This document shows positions 8,835 to 18,051 of a DNA stretch of 64,000 nucleotides, one piece after another. The translations under genes and the position numbers were made by a program. Source of the stretch: Dehalococcoidia bacterium (lineage in GTDB: Bacteria; Chloroflexota; Dehalococcoidia; DSTF01; WHTK01); contig CBDDBP010000007.1 of assembly GCA_965225815.1 (NCBI GenBank), forward strand, positions 221,621 through 285,620. Reading direction: 5' to 3'. How positions within the stretch are numbered: the stretch's first letter is position 1; each line of letters starts with the position of its first letter. A model generated the notes under the pieces. That model was given only the letters and a program-made list of their open reading frames with translations, was not told where the DNA came from and searched no databases.

Positions 8835-9365
8835 ATGGTGCTCGGGCTGACCGCGATTCTGGTCTTTCTCTCGGTCGTGGGGTTGTTCCTCTACCTGAAG
8901 CCGGGTGCCGATAGTCCGACGCCGGAGGATCTGCCGGTTTTCGTGGCGGGGCCGGTAGAGGTTTTCGAGATAGGGACTGCCAGCTATTTCGAGCTTGAGC
9001 ACGTTTACATCGTCCGAATGGCCGGGGGCGGATTGCTGGCGCTTTACGACCTTGGGCCGGGAAGCCAGGCAGGCGTGAAGCAGGGCGACGAGTCAGCGCT
9101 GGACTGCCGGATTCAGTTCATCGAGGACGAAAACGGCTTGAATAGCCGGGGCGACCCACCGAAGGGCTTCGAGGCGATGGTGTTTTGGGACGCATGCCTG
9201 GGTAACGGCTGGGACGCTGCCGGACGGTACCTGACAGGCCCGGCCAACGGTGATCTCGATCGCTTTCCTGTCGGAGTTGCCGACGAGGCGGTCCAGGTGG
9301 ACGTGAATAATCGACGCTGCATGAATCACATTAGTCAGGCGGCGCCTTGCATACCAACGCAGTAA
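8835..9365 (+). CDS. membrane-anchored Rieske-like domain protein lacking His ligands
   Basis: N-terminal TM helix (MVLGLTAILVFLSVVGLFLYL), then a Rieske-fold pattern with DCRIQF in place of CxH and FWDACLGNGWDAAGRYLTGPA in place of CPCHGSxFDxxGxxxxGPA. Start is taken at the internal ATG 8835. Confidence 0.4.
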   Translation: MVLGLTAILVFLSVVGLFLYLKPGADSPTPEDLPVFVAGPVEVFEIGTASYFELEHVYIVRMAGGGLLALYDLGPGSQAGVKQGDESALDCRIQFIEDENGLNSRGDPPKGFEAMVFWDACLGNGWDAAGRYLTGPANGDLDRFPVGVADEAVQVDVNNRRCMNHISQAAPCIPTQ

Positions 9366-9388
9366 ATCTGAGGTAAAATGGCAGGGTC

Positions 9389-9676
9389 ATGATGTACGGC
9401 GGCGGCACACGCGATCTGGAAGCTGAGTACACGAAAGTCCTGGACGAGGCGCTAGAGACGCTACGATGGACCCGTCAGCACTTTCACGAGCCCAAGGCGA
9501 GCGACACGCTGCGCCAACTCCAGGGGAGACTGGGTTACCTGGCTCAATCGATGAATTGGCGCTCCGACGGCACGACCTCCGAGGCGGAGCAGGCGCTCGG
9601 CGTCGCGCAGGGCAAGTCGTTCAAGGAGCAGAGCAGCATCCGCCAGATGTGGGAAGAGATGTGGTGGTCGCACTGA
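9389..9676 (+). CDS. hypothetical protein (95 aa)
   Basis: Intact ORF. No motif recognised. Confidence 0.3.
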   Translation: MMYGGGTRDLEAEYTKVLDEALETLRWTRQHFHEPKASDTLRQLQGRLGYLAQSMNWRSDGTTSEAEQALGVAQGKSFKEQSSIRQMWEEMWWSH

Positions 9677-9732
9677 CCGTCACTCAGGGTGGCTGCGGGA
9701 CGGCGTAGGCTGCCGCTGACGCCGCACTGCCC

Positions 9733-11286
9733 GTGTTAGCTAACCCCAGTCCTTACGAAGCCCTCGATCAGATCCTAGAAACGTCAGGCAGAGCGCGGTC
9801 GCCGGAAGACCGCGTTTTCATTGACGGCGCGGATCCGGTCTTGCCGACGGCGTTTCGTTTGGGGACGGCTGGCGCGGCGGCGATCGCGGCGACTGGGCTG
9901 GCGGCGGCTGATTTATGGCAGCTGCGCAGCGGCCGAAGCCAGGACGTATCGGTCAGCCTGCGTGACGCTGCAGCGGTGATACGGAGCGATCGCTTCCTGC
10001 GCCTGGACGGTGAGGCGCCGCCATCGCCGTGGTCGCCGACGGCTGGCTTCTACCGGACGCGCGACGAGCGCTGGATCCAGGTCCACAGCAACTTTCCGCA
10101 TCACCTGGACGCCGCGCTGCGGGTCCTGGGCTGCGCGGGCGACCGGGACGCGGTATCGAAGGCCGTGGCCGGGTGGCAGGCGTTCGAGCTGGAGGATGCG
10201 CTGAATGACGCCGGGATGTGCGCCGCCGTGGTGCGTAGCGAGGCCGAGTGGCGCGAGGTGCCACAGGCGGAAGTCGTGGCCGGGCTGCCGCTGTTTGAGA
10301 TCGTGAAGCTGGGCGAGAGCGCGCCGGAGCCGTTGCCACCGGGCGACCGGCCGCTGGCGGGTGTGCGCGTGCTGGACCTGACGCGGGTGATCGCCGGGCC
10401 GGTGGGCGGACGGACGCTGGCGGCGCACGGGGCGGACGTGATGCGCGTGACGGGCGACCATCTGCCAGGCTTCCCGGAAAGCCTCGACATCGACATGGGG
10501 CACGGCAAACTATCGGCGAGCCTGGACCTGCGAAGCGCCGACGAGCGCGGGCGCCTTTTGGGACTGGTCGACGAGGCGGACGTGTTCTTGCAGTCGTACC
10601 GTCCGGGATCCCTGGCGGGACGGGGACTAGCGCCGGACGCGCTGGCTTCGCGGCGGCCGGGGCTGATCTACGCGACGCTGAGTGCCTACGGGCACGTTGG
10701 GCCGTGGCGGGAGCGGCGTGGCTTCGACAGTATCGTGCAGTCGATCAGCGGCATCGTGCATGAGGAGAGCGGTGACGGGCCGCCTCGACACATGCCGGCG
10801 CAGGCGCTGGACTACGTTTCGGGGTATGTGCTGGCGTTCGGGATCATGCGTGCCCTGGCGCGGCGGGCGGAGGAAGGCGGCAGCTACCTCGTGCGGGTGT
10901 CGCTGGCGCAGACCGGGGCATGGATTCAGGGTTTGGGCCGGGTGGCGTTTTCGGAGGCAGCCGCCGCGGACGACGACGTGCCGGCGCGGCTGGTGGAGAC
11001 GGAGTCGCCGTTCGGGGTGCTGCGGCACTTGGGGCCCGTTGTACGGCTGTCGGAGAGCGCGGCGCGGTGGGCGCGGCCGAGCGTGCCTTTGGGGTCCAGC
11101 GCGGCGGAATGGCGCCTCGTTAGCATTCGACGCCGAGGCTGGAAAGCCTCGGCTAAGTGGGTGGAGACGGGGCTATGTGGGAAAAGCCTCGGCGTCGTGG
11201 GTGGAGACGGGGCTACGTGGGTGGAGATTCGTGGCGAATGGTGTCAGGGCGGACTCTGCAGAAGGTGTAGGAACTCTGCAGGTTGA
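9733..11286 (+). CDS. CoA-transferase family III (CaiB/BaiF/Frc-like) protein with non-canonical motif order and a low-confidence C-terminal tail
   Basis: The family III N-terminal glycine-rich motif (PLAGVRVLDLTRVIAGP) sits at about residue 205. A catalytic-Asp region (QALDYVSGYVLAFGIMRAL) follows at about residue 390. The first ~200 aa resemble the post-Asp helices plus the small (middle) domain. The C-terminal ~60 aa read through tandem repeats. GTG start. Confidence 0.55.
   Translation: MLANPSPYEALDQILETSGRARSPEDRVFIDGADPVLPTAFRLGTAGAAAIAATGLAAADLWQLRSGRSQDVSVSLRDAAAVIRSDRFLRLDGEAPPSPWSPTAGFYRTRDERWIQVHSNFPHHLDAALRVLGCAGDRDAVSKAVAGWQAFELEDALNDAGMCAAVVRSEAEWREVPQAEVVAGLPLFEIVKLGESAPEPLPPGDRPLAGVRVLDLTRVIAGPVGGRTLAAHGADVMRVTGDHLPGFPESLDIDMGHGKLSASLDLRSADERGRLLGLVDEADVFLQSYRPGSLAGRGLAPDALASRRPGLIYATLSAYGHVGPWRERRGFDSIVQSISGIVHEESGDGPPRHMPAQALDYVSGYVLAFGIMRALARRAEEGGSYLVRVSLAQTGAWIQGLGRVAFSEAAAADDDVPARLVETESPFGVLRHLGPVVRLSESAARWARPSVPLGSSAAEWRLVSIRRRGWKASAKWVETGLCGKSLGVVGGDGATWVEIRGEWCQGGLCRRCRNSAG
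11142..11233. repeat. two ~39-bp tandem direct repeats (aagcctcggc(t/g)(a/t)(a/c)gtgggtggagacggggcta(t/c)gtggg) plus a partial third copy, inside the 3' end of the CoA-transferase ORF
   Basis: Read directly from the sequence. Confidence 0.6.
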
Positions 11287-11294
11287 ACCTGCAG
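11276..11294. other. perfect hairpin CTGCAGG-TTGAA-CCTGCAG straddling the CoA-transferase stop codon
   Basis: Seven-bp perfect inverted repeat. The TGA stop lies in the loop. No U-tract follows. Confidence 0.5.
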
Positions 11295-11377
11295 CCTGGG
11301 TGAGGGGGCGGTGCGGCGTTCGTGCGTGACACGAATGCGTGGTTAGTTTGACGCGCTGTCGAATCCCTCACCCTCAT

Positions 11378-11399
11378 CCGCTCCCCTGGTGGGGAGCGG
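11378..11399. other. perfect 9-bp stem-loop CCGCTCCCC-TGGT-GGGGAGCGG between convergent genes
   Basis: Read directly. No flanking T/A tract. Candidate factor-dependent terminator or RNA-stability hairpin. Confidence 0.45.
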
Positions 11400-11438
11400 G
11401 GATTGCGTTAGCTCTGGTTAGCGGTCAGGGCGCTCTCT

Positions 11439-11681
11439 TTACCAGAACTTCCACCAAGGCTTCTTGGGCGCATCGCCCATCATCATGCCGTGGTCCATGG
11501 GCTGCGAATGGTCGTACTCGGCCTCGGCTTTGAGGATGGCGGCGGGGTCTTCATCGAAGTCGAGCTTGCAGCCGCGACCGCAGAAGTAATACGTGACGCC
11601 TTCGTGCTCTGAAGTACCGGCGGCCGTGGCCGGGTCGATGTCCATGTGGCAAACGGGATCGTGTGCAGTCTCTGTTGTCAT
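11439..11681 (-). CDS. YHS/TRASH-type metal-binding domain protein with His/Met-rich C-terminus
   Basis: CHMDID...YYFCGRGCK matches the YHS-domain cysteine pattern. The tail is HSQPMDHGMMMGD. Confidence 0.5.
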   Translation of the reverse strand: MTTETAHDPVCHMDIDPATAAGTSEHEGVTYYFCGRGCKLDFDEDPAAILKAEAEYDHSQPMDHGMMMGDAPKKPWWKFW

Positions 11682-11767
11682 GGGAGCCTCCTAAAGAATG
11701 CGTTTTGATCATACTGCCCCGGCCAAGGCATGCGGTTGAGAGCGGCGAATCCTAAACTTGAGCTGAC

Positions 11768-12094
11768 ATGTTGTCTTTGCCACGAAGCGGCGCCCTGCGA
11801 TACGTAATCTGGCTACTGGCTCTGGTAGCGCTGCTTTACTCCGTGGTGCCGATCACCTACGGACTCTTTGGCGCTCCGCTGGGATTTCTTGTCACTGGAT
11901 TGATCCTGTTCGCCATAGGCTTTGGTCTTATCGTCAGACTGGCCCCGGGCAAGCCGTTGCTCTGGTTGGGGGTCGTACTGGTGGTCTACGGCTTTCCGTT
12001 TCTGTTCACGGCTCTCCCGCTTGGCCTTCCGCTTGTAATCGTCGGCGGCTGGGCCTGGTACAGGTCGGCGAGAGGGAAGCCGGCGCCTGTCTAG
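11768..12094 (+). CDS. hypothetical integral membrane protein (108 aa)
   Basis: Three or four predicted TM helices. No homology recognised. Confidence 0.35.
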   Translation: MLSLPRSGALRYVIWLLALVALLYSVVPITYGLFGAPLGFLVTGLILFAIGFGLIVRLAPGKPLLWLGVVLVVYGFPFLFTALPLGLPLVIVGGWAWYRSARGKPAPV

Positions 12095-12137
12095 CTCTGT
12101 TAGGGTTTGGCCGGAACGCGATACACTGGGGCTGTTC

Positions 12138-12407
12138 ATGCCGACTTCCAAAACCAAGGCAACGTTCGAGGATCTGTACCGCCAGCTGGAGGAGAAGGTC
12201 GCTCTGCTGGAGCAGGGTGGGCTCAGCCTGGATGAATCGCTGGCAGCCTACGAGAGCGCGGTGGGGCTGGCGCAGAAGTGCCAGCAGATGCTTGACGGCG
12301 CCGAACTTCGGATCACCAAGCTGAAGGAGACCATCGCGGCGGGCGCCGAAGCCTTCGAAACCGAGGACGAAGCGCTCATCGCGGTAGACGATGAGGACGA
12401 AGCGTGA
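12138..12407 (+). CDS. xseB: exodeoxyribonuclease VII small subunit XseB
   Basis: Length and sequence typical of XseB (FEDLYRQLEEKVALLEQGGLSLDESLAAYESAVGLAQKCQQ). Confidence 0.7.
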   Translation: MPTSKTKATFEDLYRQLEEKVALLEQGGLSLDESLAAYESAVGLAQKCQQMLDGAELRITKLKETIAAGAEAFETEDEALIAVDDEDEA

Positions 12408-13117
12408 AGCTACGCGCTGATTTCCATAGCCACAGCAACTACTCTCGCGATTCGGTGATCGGGCCGGAGTCGTTCGTCGCCAACTGCGTCCGCAAGGGCG
12501 TGACGTGTATCGCCGTGACGGACCACAACGAGATCGAAGGCGCGTTCGTGATCGAGAAGCTGGCGGCGGAACGCGCGGCGGGAAAACTCAAGGTTGTCGT
12601 CGGCGAAGAGGTAAAGACGGCCGAGGGCGAGATTATCGGCTTATTTCTCAAGGAGCTCGTAGCGCGCGACATGTCGCCCGAGGACACGATCGAGGCGATT
12701 CACGAGCAGGGTGGGCTCGCGGTGATCCCGCACCCCTATGACATCTTCCGGCGCTCCGTGTTGACGGACGAGGCGATCGAGCGCGTGAAGACGAAAGTTG
12801 ACGCGATCGAAGGCTTCAATTGCCGAAACATCCTGGGCAAGCACGACCAGAAGGCGCGAGCTACTGCCGCGGAGGTGTCGAAGCCGATCACGCTAGGGAC
12901 GGATTCGCACAGTCCGTGGGAGCTAGGCGGTGCGCTGCTGGAGCTGGACGATTTCGAGACGCCGGAAGAGCTGCTGCAGTCGTTGCCCGGCGGCCGAATA
13001 ATTGGACACCGGTCGCTGCCGATGGTGCATTGGGCCAGCACCTACGCAAAGATCCGCTGGCGATTGGGCTTGAAGCCGACGTATTCGTCCCCACCGCGGG
13101 CTGCGTCCAGCCGCTAA
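12404..13117 (+). CDS. PHP-domain metal-dependent phosphoesterase
   Basis: HSHSNYSRDS ... VTDHN ... PHPYD PHP motifs. GTG start overlaps the xseB stop. Confidence 0.6.
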   Translation: MKLRADFHSHSNYSRDSVIGPESFVANCVRKGVTCIAVTDHNEIEGAFVIEKLAAERAAGKLKVVVGEEVKTAEGEIIGLFLKELVARDMSPEDTIEAIHEQGGLAVIPHPYDIFRRSVLTDEAIERVKTKVDAIEGFNCRNILGKHDQKARATAAEVSKPITLGTDSHSPWELGGALLELDDFETPEELLQSLPGGRIIGHRSLPMVHWASTYAKIRWRLGLKPTYSSPPRAASSR

Positions 13118-13124
13118 CTTCGAA

Positions 13125-13712
13125 ATGACGATACGGCTGGCAGTTCTAGTCTCGGGCTCCGGCACGACGCTACAAAACTTCCTCGACCACATTGCGGACG
13201 GGCGTCTCGATGCGAGCGTTGAGGTCGTGATCAGCAGCAATTCGACGGCCTATGCGCTGGAGCGAGCCAAGGGCGCAGGCATCGACACACATGTCGTGAG
13301 GCGCCGCGACTTCGAATCGCAGGAAGCTTACAGCGAAGCGGTGACGGCGGTGCTGAAGGGCTATGACGTCGAGCTGATCGCCGCTGCGGGCTATACACAG
13401 CGGTACGTTTTCCCGGACCGTTTCGAGGGACGCATGTTGAATACTCACGGGGCGCTGCTGCCGAAGTTCGGCGGACAGGGCATGTGGGGGCATCACGTGC
13501 ACGAAGCCGTGCTGGCGGCAGGCGAGACGGAGTCCGGCTGCACGGTCCACATCGCCGATCACGAATACGACCGCGGGCCGGTGCTGGTGCAGAAGAAGGT
13601 GCCGGTGCTGCCGGACGATACGCCGGAGATGCTGGCGGCGCGGGTCCAGGAGGCGGAGCGCGAGGCGTATCCGGAGGCGATTCGTCTGATGGCGGCGAAG
13701 CTCGGGTTCTGA
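13125..13712 (+). CDS. purN: phosphoribosylglycinamide formyltransferase PurN
   Basis: LVSGSGTTLQNFLD ... formyl-transferase core with the conserved N/H/D catalytic region. Confidence 0.8.
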   Translation: MTIRLAVLVSGSGTTLQNFLDHIADGRLDASVEVVISSNSTAYALERAKGAGIDTHVVRRRDFESQEAYSEAVTAVLKGYDVELIAAAGYTQRYVFPDRFEGRMLNTHGALLPKFGGQGMWGHHVHEAVLAAGETESGCTVHIADHEYDRGPVLVQKKVPVLPDDTPEMLAARVQEAEREAYPEAIRLMAAKLGF

Positions 13713-13854
13713 TATGCCGGGCGCCAGGCAAGCTGAAGCTCAGGGGAGCCTTCGAACCAGGCGTGGCCGGACGAGAGAATTGCCCGAAAATGATAGTCTG
13801 AGGAACGATAGAAGACGTGACGGAGACTGATCGAAGAACGGGAGGAGTCAACGC

Positions 13855-15276
13855 ATGCTGAGCAAAGAAGACAACGAACTGTTGAGTCGAGTCGGTCCGG
13901 GGACGGCGATGGGCGATCTGATGCGTCAGTACTGGATCCCGGCGATCCGTTCAGACGAGCTGCCGGCCGGCGATTGCCCGCCGCTGCGGGTCAAACTGCT
14001 TGGCGAGGAGCTGATCGGCTATCGCACGACGTCCGGCAAAGTCGGCTTGATGCAGAACTCTTGCCCTCATCGGGGCGCATCGTTGTTCTTCGGCCGCAAC
14101 GAAGAGGAAGGCCTGCGCTGCGTCTACCACGGCTGGAAGTTCGACGTCACCGGCGCCTGCGTCGACATGCCGTCGGAGCCGGCGGAGTCGAATTTCAAAA
14201 GCAAGGTTCGAGCCAAGGCGTACCCGGCGTATGAGCACGGCGGCGTGATCTGGGCCTACATGGGCCCGCGCGAAGTGCCGCCGCCACTGCCGCAGATCGA
14301 GGCCTTCGTGGCGGCGGAGGGACCGCATCAGGTATCGGCGATCATGCGTCCTTGTAACTGGATGCAGGGCTGGGAAGGCGAGATGGACACGGTCCACGCG
14401 GCGTTCCTGCACTTTGGGGCGTCGAAGCCGGAGGACCAGCAGCCGGGCTCGTTCAACTTCTACCAATCGAATCAGCGCCACGCGAAGTTCAGCGTTGTCG
14501 AGACCGACTTCGGGACCTCCTACGGGGCCTACCGACCAGCCGAGGTGGACACGTACTACTGGCGCATGGCCCACATGCTGTTCCCGTTCTACGCGATGAT
14601 CCCCCAGGGCGAAATCGGCAAGGACGCGAAGATCGGCGCTTACGTGCCGATGGATGACGAGCACACGATGCACTGGGAGATTTTCCTGCGTCCCGAGGTG
14701 CTGGGCGGGCCTCAGCCTGATCGATCAGACGACCCGCGTGCCGCGGTCAAGAGCGCCAACCCGGGAGACGAGATCCAGGAGTTCGTCGACCAGCGACAGC
14801 AAGGTGGACGCGCTCCGGCCAGCGCCGGGCAGCCGACGGTTGGCAACAACCTGGGCCCGCTGCCGAACACGACCGGCTGGTACGGGCGCTTCAATCTGCC
14901 GCAGAACATGGGGAACGACTACATGATCGACCGTGAGGCTCAGCGTGCGTTGAAGAGCTTCACGGGCATCCCGGGGATACGTCAGCAGGACATGGCGGTG
15001 ACCGAGAGCATGGGGCCGATCTACAAGCGCTACAACGAGCACCTGGGCACGACGGACGCGATGATCATCCGCACCCGTCGCAAGTTGATCGCCTCGGCGA
15101 AGGCGCTACGCGATAACGGCGTGACGCCACCAGGGGTCGATAGCCCCGAGGTCTACCGTCAGCGCTCGGGCGAGTGCATCCTGCCCCGCGACGTCTTCTG
15201 GTGGGACGCGACGAAGCCGATGCGCGAGATTTTCGACGTAGCGGAGGTGCCGCCGGCGTTCGTCGCGGTGAAGTAG
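13855..15276 (+). CDS. Rieske [2Fe-2S] aromatic-ring-hydroxylating oxygenase, alpha-subunit-like
   Basis: Rieske motif CPHRGASL...CVYHGWKF, followed by a catalytic mononuclear-iron domain (about 470 aa). RBS GGAGGAG upstream. Confidence 0.7.
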   Translation: MLSKEDNELLSRVGPGTAMGDLMRQYWIPAIRSDELPAGDCPPLRVKLLGEELIGYRTTSGKVGLMQNSCPHRGASLFFGRNEEEGLRCVYHGWKFDVTGACVDMPSEPAESNFKSKVRAKAYPAYEHGGVIWAYMGPREVPPPLPQIEAFVAAEGPHQVSAIMRPCNWMQGWEGEMDTVHAAFLHFGASKPEDQQPGSFNFYQSNQRHAKFSVVETDFGTSYGAYRPAEVDTYYWRMAHMLFPFYAMIPQGEIGKDAKIGAYVPMDDEHTMHWEIFLRPEVLGGPQPDRSDDPRAAVKSANPGDEIQEFVDQRQQGGRAPASAGQPTVGNNLGPLPNTTGWYGRFNLPQNMGNDYMIDREAQRALKSFTGIPGIRQQDMAVTESMGPIYKRYNEHLGTTDAMIIRTRRKLIASAKALRDNGVTPPGVDSPEVYRQRSGECILPRDVFWWDATKPMREIFDVAEVPPAFVAVK

Positions 15277-15295
15277 ACCGACTCGTTAGCAGAGA

Positions 15296-15333
15296 AACGG
15301 CCCGTTCGATTCCGGACGGGCCGTTTGATTTGG
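15296..15333. terminator. stem-loop (AACGGCCCG...CGGGCCGTT) followed by TTTGATTTGG; likely intrinsic terminator for the convergent Rieske-oxygenase and yeaQ-like genes
   Basis: Nine-bp GC-rich stem followed by a T-rich tract on the + strand. It lies in the 57-bp gap between convergent genes. Confidence 0.5.
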
Positions 15334-15588
15334 TTAGCGGCCGACGACGGCGAGGATCAGCACGGCGCCAACGGTGGCGATGACGATCTGGCCCAGCACA
15401 TTGCTGGCAATGCCGAGGTCGAGGACGGAGAAGACGAAGCCGCTGACGATAGCGCCGACGATGCCGAGCAGGGCGTAGCTGATCAAGCCGCGTTTGCTGC
15501 GCATGATCTGGCTGGCGAGCCAGCCGGCGACGACGCCAACGACGAGCCAGATGACGATCTCTTCGATTTGGGTTTCGTTGAAGGACAT
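15334..15588 (-). CDS. GlsB/YeaQ/YmgE family stress-response membrane protein
   Basis: 84 aa, with the glycine-zipper TM pattern WLVVGVVAGWLASQIM...GIVGAIVSGFVF typical of this family. Confidence 0.6.
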   Translation of the reverse strand: MSFNETQIEEIVIWLVVGVVAGWLASQIMRSKRGLISYALLGIVGAIVSGFVFSVLDLGIASNVLGQIVIATVGAVLILAVVGR

Positions 15589-15607
15589 GCGGGGGTCTTT
15601 CTAGGGC

Positions 15608-17908
15608 TCAGTCGAGCTTTTCGAGGGGGGCGAAGGAGAGGAGGAGCTTTTTGACGCCGGACTCGCCCTTGAAGGCTACGGTGACTTCTTGATCGGCGCC
15701 GTTGGAGGTCATGGCGGCGTTGACGACGATGCCTTCGCCGAAGCGGGCGTGACGCACGTGCTCGCCGGCTGCGTAGGTGGAGGCGATGGCGCGGGGCTGC
15801 GGCTCATCGTCGGCGCCGACGCGGACGCGAGTCGGTTTGACGTTGCCGAGCATCGATGACCAGGCTTGCTGGCGAGGTCGCGACGGCCGCTGCTGGTAGG
15901 CGTGGCCGTCGCTCTGTTGCGCCTGGTGGACCAGCTCGTCGGGTAGGTTCTTGAGGAAGCGCGACGGCGGGTTGTGGCTGCTCTGGCCCATGAGGGCGCG
16001 CCGGAAGGCGCGCACGAGGTAGAGACGGTCCTTGGCGCGCGTGACGCCGACGTAGGCGAGCCGGCGTTCCTCCTCCATCTGGGCTGGGTCATCGAAGCTG
16101 CGGATGTGAGGCAGGAGACCCTCCTCCATACCGACGATGAAGACGACCGGGAACTCCAGGCCCTTGGCGGCGTGCAGCGTGATCAGCGTGACGGCATCGA
16201 TGCGTTCGTCGTATTCGTCGGCGTCCGACATCAGGGCGACGTCCTCGAGAAAGCGCAGGAGGGCGTGCTCGGGCTCGAGCTCGTCGAACTGGGCGGCGAC
16301 GTTGCGCAGCTCCATGACGTTCTCCCAGCGCTCCTCGCCGTCGACGGGGAAGGCGTCCGTGAGGTACTCGCGGTAACGCGTCTTATCTATGACAGTCGTG
16401 AGGAGCTGCGATACGGTGAGCGCCGGCGCCGCGGAAATCAGCTCGTTGAGGAGAGCCAGGAAGGCGGTCAGCGCCGTCCGGGCAGAGTTGGCGAAGGGGC
16501 TCTCGACGGCGGCCTCGTCCATTGAAGGCAGGCGTGCGGCGGAAGGTGGCGTGTCAGCTGCAGGCAGGGAGCCGGCGAGGAGCTGGAGGGCGGTATAAAC
16601 CGGCACCTCGAGGGACCTGGCCCAGCTGCGTAACTCCTGATGGGTGCGATCGCCGATGCGGCGGGGTGGGACGTTGAGGACGCGGTCGAGGCTGACGGAG
16701 TCGAAGGGATTCACAACCAGCCGCAGGTAGGCGAGCAAGTCCTTGTTCTCGCGGCGCTCGTAGAATCGGGTGCCGCCGACGAGACGGTAGGGCAGACGTT
16801 CGGCGACGAACCGTTCCTCCATTGCGCGGGACTGGGCGTTGGTGCGGTACATGACGGCGACGTCGCGGAGGTTGCGGCCGGACTCGCGGGCGAGCCGTTT
16901 GATCTCGCTGCAGACGAAACCGGCCTCTTCCTCCTGGTTGTAGGCCTCGTAGACCACGATGGGGTCGCCGGCGCCCTTTTCGGTCCAGAGCTCCTTCTGG
17001 CGGCGCTGTTTGTTGGCCGCGATGATCCTGGTGGCGCCGTCGAGGATGGTCTGCGTGCTGCGGTAGTTCTGTTCGAGGCGAATGACCGTGGCCCTGGGAT
17101 AGTCACGCTCGAAGTGGAGGATGTTGCGAATGTCGGCGGAGCGCCAGGAGTAGATTGACTGGTCGGGGTCGCCGACGACGCAGATGTTGGCGTCCGGTGG
17201 CGGCGCCAGGAGCTTGGCGAGCGAGTACTGGGCGACGTTGGTGTCCTGGAACTCGTCGACGAGGACGTGCTCGTAGCGATCGAGGTAGCGGCCGTGGACG
17301 TCTTCGTGGTCGCGCAGCAGTTCGACCGTCTTGACGAGGATGTCGTCGAAGTCGAGGGCGCCATTTTCGACCAGCATGGCCTCGTAGCGCTGATAGCAGC
17401 GGGCGACGATCTCCTCGAAGTAGGAGGCGGTCTTCAGAGCAAACCCTTCGGCCGTGATCAGTTCGCTTTTGGAGCGTGAGATGACGGAGAGGATGGCGCG
17501 GGGTGGATACTGACGCGGCTCCAGCGAATACTCAGCGCAGATGCGCTTCATGAGCGACATCTGATCCGCATCGTCGTAGATGGCGAAGCTGCGGGGTACG
17601 CCAACGGACTCGCCATCGATGCGGAGGATCCGGGCGCAGACGGCGTGGAACGTGCCGAGGGTGACGCCGCGAGCCAGCCCGCCGAGGAGGCCTTCGACGC
17701 GGTCACGGAGCTCGCGGGCCGCCTTGTTCGTGAAGGTGACGGCCATGATGCGCGCGGGCGGTACACCGACCTCGTCGATCACGTAGGCGATGCGGTGGGC
17801 GATGACGCGTGTCTTACCGCTACCGGGACCAGCCAGAATGAGCAAAGGCCCCTCGGCGTGAGTGACGGCTTCGTGCTGGGCTGGGTTAAGCCCTTCGAGT
17901 ATGGACAT
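15608..17908 (-). CDS. pcrA: ATP-dependent DNA helicase PcrA/UvrD
   Basis: NPAQHEAV...LAGPGSGKTRV (motif I), DEFQDTN (motif II), the full UvrD-family motif set, and the typical C-terminal Tudor-like tail. 766 aa. Confidence 0.85.
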   Translation of the reverse strand: MSILEGLNPAQHEAVTHAEGPLLILAGPGSGKTRVIAHRIAYVIDEVGVPPARIMAVTFTNKAARELRDRVEGLLGGLARGVTLGTFHAVCARILRIDGESVGVPRSFAIYDDADQMSLMKRICAEYSLEPRQYPPRAILSVISRSKSELITAEGFALKTASYFEEIVARCYQRYEAMLVENGALDFDDILVKTVELLRDHEDVHGRYLDRYEHVLVDEFQDTNVAQYSLAKLLAPPPDANICVVGDPDQSIYSWRSADIRNILHFERDYPRATVIRLEQNYRSTQTILDGATRIIAANKQRRQKELWTEKGAGDPIVVYEAYNQEEEAGFVCSEIKRLARESGRNLRDVAVMYRTNAQSRAMEERFVAERLPYRLVGGTRFYERRENKDLLAYLRLVVNPFDSVSLDRVLNVPPRRIGDRTHQELRSWARSLEVPVYTALQLLAGSLPAADTPPSAARLPSMDEAAVESPFANSARTALTAFLALLNELISAAPALTVSQLLTTVIDKTRYREYLTDAFPVDGEERWENVMELRNVAAQFDELEPEHALLRFLEDVALMSDADEYDERIDAVTLITLHAAKGLEFPVVFIVGMEEGLLPHIRSFDDPAQMEEERRLAYVGVTRAKDRLYLVRAFRRALMGQSSHNPPSRFLKNLPDELVHQAQQSDGHAYQQRPSRPRQQAWSSMLGNVKPTRVRVGADDEPQPRAIASTYAAGEHVRHARFGEGIVVNAAMTSNGADQEVTVAFKGESGVKKLLLSFAPLEKLD

Positions 17909-18051
17909 GGCACCTTGTGCCGGCGCGGCGTCGACGCTGCATTTCGTGAGGCAGCCCCGGGCGGCGGTGCCGGAATCGTCTGCGAACTTGTGTACTCATT
18001 TGTGCTTTGATTCTAGCAGCGTGTGGCACCGACGATCGCGAGACTTATGTA

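Noticed and set aside
15296-15333. GTTCGATTCCGG motif, looked like a tRNA T-arm
   Set aside because: The intergenic gap is only 57 bp. The 9-bp stem with a 12-nt loop and T-tract fits a terminator hairpin, not a tRNA.
16640-17480. ORFs antisense to pcrA (16711..17364 -, 16640..17158 +, and others)
   Set aside because: Their Ser/Thr/Ala/Arg-rich low-complexity translations overlap a strongly supported helicase gene. This is typical of spurious high-GC ORFs.
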